Part shown: piece by piece, positions 57,239-64,000 of the stretch
How the letters are laid out: each line of letters begins with the position of its first letter
Position numbering within the stretch: the first letter of the stretch is position 1
Assembly: GCA_023380635.1 (NCBI GenBank)
Contig: JAMCRP010000001.1
Span: forward strand, 247,911 to 311,910
Source: Patescibacteria group bacterium
Lineage (GTDB): Bacteria; Patescibacteriota; Microgenomatia; JAMCZE01
Direction: 5' to 3'
Length of the DNA: 64,000 bases
Translations under genes and position numbers: made by a program
Notes under the pieces: model-generated
Told to the model about the DNA's origin: nothing
Seen by the model: the letters and a program-made list of their open reading frames with translations, nothing else
The model's database searches: none

Positions 57239-58205
57239 CGATAACTTTTTGTAAAAATTGGGGGTAGGTGTAACCGGCCACCCTGGCAGATCTGATCGCT
57301 CCGTCATTAGGACCAATGGCCGGATTGGCATTGACTTCTAAAATGTATGGCCTCCATTCCTCGCTGATACGAAAATCTACTCGGGTATAATCATAACAAC
57401 CTGTTACCTGAACAGCCCTAACTGCTAGTTCTCTAATTTGCGTTTCCAAATCTCCCGGCAAATCCGCCGGGCTAACCCCGACAGTTTCTTTGTAAGCCAC
57501 CGAATTTTCTTCCCATTTAGCCGCAAAATCGACAATCTTGTATTTTCCGGCGAATGACGGCCCGAAAACAATTTCCGAAATCGGCAAGGCAACCGCCTGA
57601 GCACCATTTCCCAAAACCGTAACGTTAGCCTCCCGGCCGGCAATATATTCCTCGGCAAAAACCGGCTCGGCGTATTTTTGCTGCAACTGTTCTGCCCGTT
57701 CATAAAGATCGACAGGATTATCTACGACAGATTTTTCCGTTATTCCCAGACTGCAATGTTCATTGCTGGGTTTAATAATTAGCGGAAACCGCATTTTCTG
57801 GTCCCACCTGGTCCCTTCTGTAAAAACCTGATAAGCCGGTGTCGGCAAATTTTGCGACTCCAAAACCTTTTTAGTAGCAATTTTATTATCCGTTAAAATG
57901 ATGGCCCGGGAGTCCGATCCGGAATATGGTTTTCCCGTGCGCTTCAAAACATCGGCAACATCTCCCTCACTTTTATCAGCGCTGCCGATACCATAGGCAT
58001 TATTAAAGAAGAAGTCAGTATCTTTTTTCAGAAGCTCCGGTATTGTTTTTTCATTTATTTCAAACAGATCAGCCTGGTGGCCGGCGGAAACCAAAGTTGC
58101 CGCAATCTCTTTGGCCGTTTTAACCGTATCCTCATCGGCCAGAATATCCTGAGGATCACCATGTTCTAGGGAAGTCACCTGGTTATAAACTACTGTGATT
58201 TTCAT
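57216..58205 (-). CDS. D-Ala-D-Ala ligase-like ATP-grasp enzyme (copy 2)
   Basis: PYSGS, IKPSNEHCSLGI, EEYIAGRE, RVDFR, LEVNANP. Confidence 0.82.
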   Translation of the reverse strand: MKITVVYNQVTSLEHGDPQDILADEDTVKTAKEIAATLVSAGHQADLFEINEKTIPELLKKDTDFFFNNAYGIGSADKSEGDVADVLKRTGKPYSGSDSRAIILTDNKIATKKVLESQNLPTPAYQVFTEGTRWDQKMRFPLIIKPSNEHCSLGITEKSVVDNPVDLYERAEQLQQKYAEPVFAEEYIAGREANVTVLGNGAQAVALPISEIVFGPSFAGKYKIVDFAAKWEENSVAYKETVGVSPADLPGDLETQIRELAVRAVQVTGCYDYTRVDFRISEEWRPYILEVNANPAIGPNDGAIRSARVAGYTYPQFLQKVIDVALTRF

Positions 58206-59228
58206 CTATGAAGCGTATCTCTGGGCAGCAATATGAGCCAGCTTGCCAATAAACTGGCTGTAACTTAGCCCTGAAGCTTTAGCCGATCTTGAGGCTCCCA
58301 TCTGGGGAGAAATGTCACAATTCAGATTAACTTCCAGGAAATATGGAACTTCATCGCGGCTAAGCCGGATATCTACCCGGGCATAATCCCGACCGCCGCA
58401 GGCAAAATAAGCTTTTAGAGCCAGTTTTTCGATTTTGCGTTTTAAAGCAGCATCAATTTTTGCCGGGCAGACACCAACGGTATTGCGGAAGTATAACGAA
58501 GACTCCAGCCATTTGGCCTTAAAATCCACAAACTTCGGTTTACCGACATAAAATTTTCCAAAGACAATTTCCGAAATCGGCAATACCCGGGCTTGCGCGC
58601 CGTTTCCCATGATAGTTACATTAAATTCCCGGCCGGCGATATACTCTTCCACAAGAACCGGTTGGTTATATTTTTTTAGCAATCTTTTTACTGCCCGGCG
58701 CAGTTGTGATAAATTTTTGATAACCGATTCATTATTAATTCCCAGACTGCAATCTTCAGCTACCGGTTTAGCAAATAACGGAAACTCCAATTTCGACGGC
58801 AACTCATCAGGAACCGTTTCGAAAACTGCATAGGCGGGCGTGGGAATATTATTTTGTTCGAAAATTTTTTTAGTTAAGACCTTGTTCGTTGTTAAGATCA
58901 ACGATGAAGCATTGGCTCCCGTGTAGGGCAAACTCATCTGGTCCAGGATTTCCGGAACTTTGTGTTCGGTTTTAGGCAGATTGCCAATTCCGTCGCAAAG
59001 ATTAAAAAAAAGATCGGTCTTAATTTTGTTTAAGTCACTGATATTTTCCGGAGTTAATTCAAAAATCTCCGGTTTGTAACCATCAGAAGAAAGGGCTTTG
59101 GCAATCGCTCTGGCATCTTCCCTGCCGCCTTCTTCGGAAAGAATGGCATCTTTGTCTCCGCAGGAAAGAGAAGTAATTTCGTTATACAAAACCGTAACTT
59201 TTGCGGGCCGGACGTTTTTTTGTTTCAT
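58206..59228 (-). CDS. D-Ala-D-Ala ligase-like ATP-grasp enzyme (copy 1)
   Basis: FNLCDG, PYTG, KPVAEDCSLGI, EEYIAGREF, YARVDIR, LEVNLN. TTGACA-16-TATTCT promoter upstream. Confidence 0.82.
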   Translation of the reverse strand: MKQKNVRPAKVTVLYNEITSLSCGDKDAILSEEGGREDARAIAKALSSDGYKPEIFELTPENISDLNKIKTDLFFNLCDGIGNLPKTEHKVPEILDQMSLPYTGANASSLILTTNKVLTKKIFEQNNIPTPAYAVFETVPDELPSKLEFPLFAKPVAEDCSLGINNESVIKNLSQLRRAVKRLLKKYNQPVLVEEYIAGREFNVTIMGNGAQARVLPISEIVFGKFYVGKPKFVDFKAKWLESSLYFRNTVGVCPAKIDAALKRKIEKLALKAYFACGGRDYARVDIRLSRDEVPYFLEVNLNCDISPQMGASRSAKASGLSYSQFIGKLAHIAAQRYAS

Positions 59229-59298
59229 CTTTTATGGAAATTTATTGAAAACTTTTTTCAGAATAGCAGAGAAGGAAGATTTGTCAACCCTGATAAAA

Positions 59299-60648
59299 TT
59301 ATTTTTGGGGAGTAATCAATTTTCTGCCGACATATTTTTGCAGTACTTCCGGCACCGTCACCGTTCCATCGGGATTTTGGTAATTCTCCAAAATAGCGAT
59401 GATTGTTCTGGCGTTGGTTATGCCGGTGTCATTAACATTATGAACAAACTCTTTTTCTCCGTCTTTGGTGACAAATTTAGTGTTGTAGCGTCGGGCCTGG
59501 AAATCAGTTGCATCGGTGTCGCTTCCCATCTCGACAAAAGTTTTGGAGACCGGTAGCCAAACTTCAAAATCGTATTTTTTGGCTGTGGCAAAATAACCGG
59601 CGTCACCGCTACACATCAAAATAACATGATAAGGCAGCTTCAACTGTTGCAGCAGCCATTCATTTATTCCCAAAAGATAGTCCTGCATTTCTCCGGATTT
59701 TTCCGGCAAAGTCAGAGTATCCATCTCCAATTTATCAAACTGATGGACTCTTTTTATCCCCCGGACATCTTTACCCCAGGATCCAACCTCTGAACGGAAA
59801 CAGGAAGTAATGGCGAAGAACTTTTGGGGCAATTGAGTATGGTCCAAAGTTTTGTCCAGGTAGTAACCAAAAAGCGACGGCTCTGAAGAACCGACCAGGT
59901 AGAGATCGGTATTTTCTTCCACATTTTTATTTTCGATCTTATAAACCTGATCGGCGTCTCCAGGAAAATGAGAGGAACCATATAAGACCCGCCCCTTAAC
60001 TAAAAGAGGGACAACCATTGGAGTAAAACCTTCTTTAAGAAGTTTTTCTTTTAAGAGTTCAAAGACAGCGTACTGCAACAAAACCGCTTCGTTTTTCAAA
60101 TAGTAAAAACGACTGCCGGAAACCAAGGCGCTCTGTTCGGTGTCAACAATGTCTAACTCTTTTCCCAATTCCACATGGTCTTTAGCCGGAAATTTAAAAG
60201 CGGGCATCCATTTTTCGGAAGAATCTTTAAGCCCCAATTTATCTTTGGGAAAATTTCCCTCTTTTGGTGTCCAGGCTTTAATTTCCAAATTATCATCTTC
60301 GCCCTTTCCGATTGGCACATCAGGAAGAAGCATATTCGGAATCCAATCCATAACATTTTGGAAATCGGTCTCCACTTCCGCCAGTTCTTTTTCTAAAATA
60401 TCAATGCCTTCTTTGAGTTTTTTTCCTTCGTCTATTTTTTCGGGAGTGCGCTTTTTCTCGTCTTTAAGCTCTTCAGCCAAACGATTTCGGGTTGCGCGCA
60501 TTGTCTCAATTTCGACAATCAGTTTGTTTTTGCGTCCGTCCAAAAGCAGGAGTTTGTCCACATCAGCTCTCGCCGGATCAACCCGGCGGTTAATGATATT
60601 TTGCCTAACTTCTTCAGGATGTTCGCGAATATACTTAATGTCTAACAT
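59299..60648 (-). CDS. serS: Serine--tRNA ligase
   Basis: MLDIKYIRE, IPN, SGSRFYY, CFRSE.G, RVHQFDKLE, ATDFQARR, LENYQ. Confidence 0.96.
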   Translation of the reverse strand: MLDIKYIREHPEEVRQNIINRRVDPARADVDKLLLLDGRKNKLIVEIETMRATRNRLAEELKDEKKRTPEKIDEGKKLKEGIDILEKELAEVETDFQNVMDWIPNMLLPDVPIGKGEDDNLEIKAWTPKEGNFPKDKLGLKDSSEKWMPAFKFPAKDHVELGKELDIVDTEQSALVSGSRFYYLKNEAVLLQYAVFELLKEKLLKEGFTPMVVPLLVKGRVLYGSSHFPGDADQVYKIENKNVEENTDLYLVGSSEPSLFGYYLDKTLDHTQLPQKFFAITSCFRSEVGSWGKDVRGIKRVHQFDKLEMDTLTLPEKSGEMQDYLLGINEWLLQQLKLPYHVILMCSGDAGYFATAKKYDFEVWLPVSKTFVEMGSDTDATDFQARRYNTKFVTKDGEKEFVHNVNDTGITNARTIIAILENYQNPDGTVTVPEVLQKYVGRKLITPQK

Positions 60649-60651
60649 AGT

Positions 60652-60687
60652 CTTAAGTATCTTAAGATACTTAAGTTACTTAAGCAA
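60652..60687. repeat. Four tandem 9-nt units with the palindromic core CTTAAG
   Basis: cttaagtat cttaagata cttaagtta cttaagcaa fills the gap between the HD gene and serS. Confidence 0.8.
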
Positions 60688-60688
60688 C

Positions 60689-61255
60689 CTACAATCCAAT
60701 TTCCGGCGCGATCTCCTTCATCGCCCTCAAAGCAATTCCCACAAACTGCGGCAAAGGAATTCCCAGTTTTTCTTCACAAAGGACAATATTCTCACGCTTT
60801 GCCCCGGCGGCGAAAGATTTGGTCTTAAATTTGTCGAGAACTTTTTCGACTGTCACTCCAGACAACTTCTTATCCGGTTGCACTACCGTCGTAGCTACTA
60901 TTAAACCGGTTAATTCGTCACAGCAAAACAGGGACCATTCCATTTTGTTCTTTGGTTCTTCCCCCCGATGTGACGCACCGTGGGATTTGATACCGCTGAC
61001 AATATCTTTATCCGTTTCCCCCAGATCCTGTACCCATTTTGCCATTAAAACTGAATGGTTAGCCATATCCTCTTTTGTCTGTTCGTAATCGCCGTCGTGT
61101 AGCAATCCCACAATTCCCCAGACATCCTCATTGCCGTCGAAATGTTTTGCCAAGGCACGCATAACCGCTTCGACACTATAACAGTGTCGTCGCAGGTTTT
61201 GGTTTTGCATTTTCGAGTGGAGAAGATCCAGCGCCTGACTACGGCTGATATTCAT
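60689..61255 (-). CDS. HD-superfamily hydrolase
   Basis: RRHC, LLHDGDYE, SHG, CDELTGLI, KSFAAG. Confidence 0.85.
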   Translation of the reverse strand: MNISRSQALDLLHSKMQNQNLRRHCYSVEAVMRALAKHFDGNEDVWGIVGLLHDGDYEQTKEDMANHSVLMAKWVQDLGETDKDIVSGIKSHGASHRGEEPKNKMEWSLFCCDELTGLIVATTVVQPDKKLSGVTVEKVLDKFKTKSFAAGAKRENIVLCEEKLGIPLPQFVGIALRAMKEIAPEIGL

Positions 61256-61256
61256 T

Positions 61257-62615
61257 TTATTCGGGACGCATCAGGGGAAATAACACCGCTTCCCGAACAG
61301 GAAGGTTGGCTAAGAATGCAAATAACCTTTCGCTCACTCCAAAACCGGTCACCGGCGGCATACCATATTCCAAGGCAGTTACAAAATCCCGGTCTTCCAT
61401 TTGGGCTTCCAAATCTCCTTTATTTCTCGCTTCCTGTTGTTTTTGAAATCTTTCTTCTTGGTCAAGCGGATCGTTTAGTTCAGAGTAACCATTACCCACT
61501 TCACTGCCGGCAATGATTACCTGATATCTCTCTGTCGTTTGCGGATCTTCTTCAGATCGTTTCGCCAGAGGCGAAACTGCTACCGGGTGGCCGGTCAAAA
61601 ACACCGGACCGGAAATATCTTTGCGCACCGACTTCCAAAGTTGATCAATTTCGGCTGCGTCAGTCATCTTATCCACATCTTTTCCGGTCGTTTTTTTAAT
61701 CGTTTCCCGATAATCAATTCTTCCCCACTTTTTATCCAGACTGATTTTATGGCCGTTAATCTCAAATTCCAGTTTACCAAAAGTCGTGGCGGCGACAAAT
61801 TTATACATCTTTTCAACCAATGCCATACTGTCCTCGAAGTTGGCATAAGCCCAATAAAATTCCATCTGGGTATAGTCCTGAAGATGCTCGCGTGAAAGTC
61901 CCTCATTGCGGAATTGCCGGCCAATTTCAAAAGTTTTTTCAAACCCGGCCACCATTAACCTTTTTTGCCATAGCTCTCCCATAGAAATTCGAAGAAATAA
62001 ATCGATATCTAGGGCGTCATGATGAGTTTTAAACGGATTGGCGCTGGCTCCGCCCGCCGTGGCTTCTAAAGCAGGAGTTTCTACTTCCAGAAAACCTTTG
62101 TTGATCAAAAAATCGCGCATGCTTTGCCAGAAAACCGCTTTCTTTCGAAAGAGAATCTTTAAATCGGGATTAAGAATTAGATCAAGATATCTCTGACGAA
62201 ACCTTGTTTCCTCGTCTTTAATTCCAAACCACTCGCTGGGCAGCGGTCTAAGAGATTTCGAAAGAAGCTCGTACTTTTCAACATCAATTGTGATCTCGCC
62301 GGCTTTGGTAGTCACCATTTTGCCGATTACTCCGACAAAATCGCCGATATCCAAAAGATCCAGCAACTCGTCTTTATGAAAGAGAAGCTGGATTTCTCCG
62401 CTCTCGTCGACAAGATCGGCAAAAACAATGGCGCCGTGAGCCCGAAAGGTAGTAATCCGCCCGGCAGTTTGGACTCTTTTGTCCAGCATTGTCCGGCTCT
62501 GGGCGACCGTCTGCTTTTTAGCAAATTTTGACGGGTAAGGATTTATCCCGAACGCCCTGATTTTTTCCAGTTTTTCCAGACGGACTTTCCGCAGATTTTC
62601 GATCGGTTCGGCCAT
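61257..62615 (-). CDS. lysS: Lysine--tRNA ligase (class II)
   Basis: RFRQRYLDL, EVETP, GGASANPF, FRNEG, YSELNDP, ALEYGMPP, LFPLMRP. Confidence 0.96.
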   Translation of the reverse strand: MAEPIENLRKVRLEKLEKIRAFGINPYPSKFAKKQTVAQSRTMLDKRVQTAGRITTFRAHGAIVFADLVDESGEIQLLFHKDELLDLLDIGDFVGVIGKMVTTKAGEITIDVEKYELLSKSLRPLPSEWFGIKDEETRFRQRYLDLILNPDLKILFRKKAVFWQSMRDFLINKGFLEVETPALEATAGGASANPFKTHHDALDIDLFLRISMGELWQKRLMVAGFEKTFEIGRQFRNEGLSREHLQDYTQMEFYWAYANFEDSMALVEKMYKFVAATTFGKLEFEINGHKISLDKKWGRIDYRETIKKTTGKDVDKMTDAAEIDQLWKSVRKDISGPVFLTGHPVAVSPLAKRSEEDPQTTERYQVIIAGSEVGNGYSELNDPLDQEERFQKQQEARNKGDLEAQMEDRDFVTALEYGMPPVTGFGVSERLFAFLANLPVREAVLFPLMRPE

Positions 62616-62637
62616 AGTAGCCTAATCTTAGCAGAGA

Positions 62638-63309
62638 CTAATAAATGTTGGTAGGGGTGGTGCCGTGGATGATGACTTGCGTACTCTCGTTAGGATCGAT
62701 GTTAGTCAGAGAATATTTACCGTCGGGAAGAGCAGGATTAGTCCAGTAAAAAAGTTTTTCCGCGTCAGGAATACTCAAATTAACACAGCCGTGCGACCGG
62801 GGCTTACCAAAATCATGATGCCAGTAAGTGCCGTGCAAACCATAGCCTTTATAAAAATATTGGACAAAAGGAACATTGGGTAAATCATAAAAAGTTCCGG
62901 CGGCCACATCCCCACCCGTCATCCGCTGAGCCTTAATTTTAGCCCAAATCCGAAAACTTCCGGTAACCGTGGGAAACCAGGGAAGGCCCGTGCTGACGGG
63001 AAATTGATAGACAACTGTGTCACCTTCATAAGCCCGCAGTGTTTGAGTTGTCAGATCGACATCAATCCATTTTGTCCCGGTGCTCGCTCCCAAAACCGGA
63101 GGAATTTGCCCAATAATTCTGGCTAATTCATCATCAGGCACGGAGACATCTTTATTAAACCAGACACCCTTGCTGGCCGTGGGATCGAGTTGACCGGAAG
63201 CATTATAAATTTCCTGAACAAAAGCTTTAGAGGTCAGTTCGGACCGGGGCCAGGTAATTGCCGCTATCAAGACAACCAGACCGACAATCAGAGGGAGAAA
63301 GCGGGCCAC
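62638..63309 (-). CDS. L,D-transpeptidase (YkuD family)
   Basis: IDVDLTTQTL, VSTG, LHGTYWH, SHGCVNL. Confidence 0.9.
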   Translation of the reverse strand: MARFLPLIVGLVVLIAAITWPRSELTSKAFVQEIYNASGQLDPTASKGVWFNKDVSVPDDELARIIGQIPPVLGASTGTKWIDVDLTTQTLRAYEGDTVVYQFPVSTGLPWFPTVTGSFRIWAKIKAQRMTGGDVAAGTFYDLPNVPFVQYFYKGYGLHGTYWHHDFGKPRSHGCVNLSIPDAEKLFYWTNPALPDGKYSLTNIDPNESTQVIIHGTTPTNIY

Positions 63310-63356
63310 GAAATTAGAATATAAACTTTTCCCGGAGGTTGCAAGAAGGAATTTTA

Positions 63357-63433
63357 TGGTAGCGCCTACCGGAGTCGAACCGGTGATTTGCTGGATGAGA
63401 ACCAGCCGTCCTGGACCACTAGACGAAGGCGCC
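63357..63433 (-). tRNA. tRNA-Glu (anticodon CTC) with encoded CCA
   Basis: Cloverleaf: GGCGCCT acceptor stem, GCTGG-TTCTCAT-CCAGC anticodon arm, GGTTCGACTCC T-arm, ACCA end. Confidence 0.96.
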
Positions 63434-63445
63434 GGAAATGGCTAC

Positions 63446-63534
63446 TTGACAACTTTATGTATCAGGCTATAATAGCACAGCTACGCTAATTTGAACAGGT
63501 TCAGCCGCCTCGTTTTGGCTGGCCTTTTTGTTTT
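63446..63534 (+). promoter_or_regulatory. greA promoter and leader terminator
   Basis: TTGACA 63446, TATAAT 63468, hairpin 63497-63525 followed by a U-tract before the ATG. Confidence 0.7.
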
Positions 63535-63552
63535 ATAGAATACTTTTTTATT

Positions 63553-64000
63553 ATGAAAAACGACACTTTTGTGGTCACCGCCGAAGGTTTAGAGGCCCTC
63601 AAAAAAGAGCTTGACGAACTGAAAAATGTCAAACTTCCTGAGGTGATTGCCCGTGTGTCAAAAGCCCGGGAAGACGGAGATCTTTCAGAAAACAGCGCCT
63701 ACCAATTTGGTAAACAGGAGCAGGAATTTCTAGAAGGCCGGGTCGACGAGTTGGAAGACATTATTTCCAAGGCAGTCATGGCTGGGAAATCCAGCGCTAA
63801 GGGCGCGGTTGATGTCGGCTGTAAAGTTACGGTCACAATTAGCGGCAAAAGGCAAACTTTTAGCATCGTGGGTGATTGGGAAGCTAAACCAGCCGAGAAG
63901 AAAATTTCCGGCAGTTCCCCCCTAGGAAAAGCATTATTGGGTAAAAAGGTAGGCGAAAAGGCCGAAGTTGACGCCCCTGCCGGCAAACTCACCTATACTA
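63553..64000 (+). CDS. greA: Transcription elongation factor GreA (3' end runs off the window)
   Basis: Not in the ORF track. Manual translation: MKNDTFVVTAEGLEALKKEL...AREDGDLSENSAY...ISGSSPLGKALLG. Confidence 0.95.
   Translation, partial: MKNDTFVVTAEGLEALKKELDELKNVKLPEVIARVSKAREDGDLSENSAYQFGKQEQEFLEGRVDELEDIISKAVMAGKSSAKGAVDVGCKVTVTISGKRQTFSIVGDWEAKPAEKKISGSSPLGKALLGKKVGEKAEVDAPAGKLTYT

Noticed and set aside
60140-60904. 254-aa plus-strand ORF
   Set aside because: Antisense shadow of serS and the HD gene; Ser/Phe-rich with no motifs.
63699-63992. 97-aa minus-strand ORF
   Set aside because: Antisense to greA, which the track missed because it runs off the window.
1-64000. Alternative genetic code (UGA read as Gly, as in some CPR)
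   Set aside because: Conserved genes are full length under code 11, several end in TGA, and RF2 is present. The two split genes change frame rather than read through a stop.

Overview
This 64 kb window is gene-dense, uses translation table 11, and has the gene content and style of a Patescibacteria (CPR) genome, most likely Microgenomates (inferred from the sequence, not searched). It has three parts. (1) Bases 1-21 kb are a large surface-glycosylation cluster: eight GT-C-type membrane glycosyltransferases, five GT2 enzymes including three polyprenol-phosphate sugar synthases, Wzx and GtrA flippases and a methyltransferase; two genes in it are split by frameshift or deletion. (2) Bases 21.6-27.6 kb are a SipW/TasA locus whose three secreted proteins look like the tip, shaft and membrane anchor of a donor-strand-exchange filament; it has a terminator-containing 5' leader and a hairpin after the major subunit. 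This is the best candidate for an undescribed system. (3) Bases 27.6-64 kb are mostly housekeeping: tsaBE, a D,D-carboxypeptidase, aspS, recJ, a CCA-type enzyme, secDF, comM, rnpB, ftsEX with a coiled-coil hydrolase, prfB, DsbA, mgtA, mpg, prmC, secA, two Ddl-like ligases, serS, lysS, an L,D-transpeptidase, tRNA-Glu and greA. Other notable observations are a leader-peptide attenuator in front of an orphan gene, a greA leader terminator, pervasive leaderless promoter architecture, 7-nt degenerate tandem repeats inside conserved genes, and recurrent [TS]ESA and [VI]LG motifs in secreted proteins. I saw no CRISPR array, rRNA or transposase.
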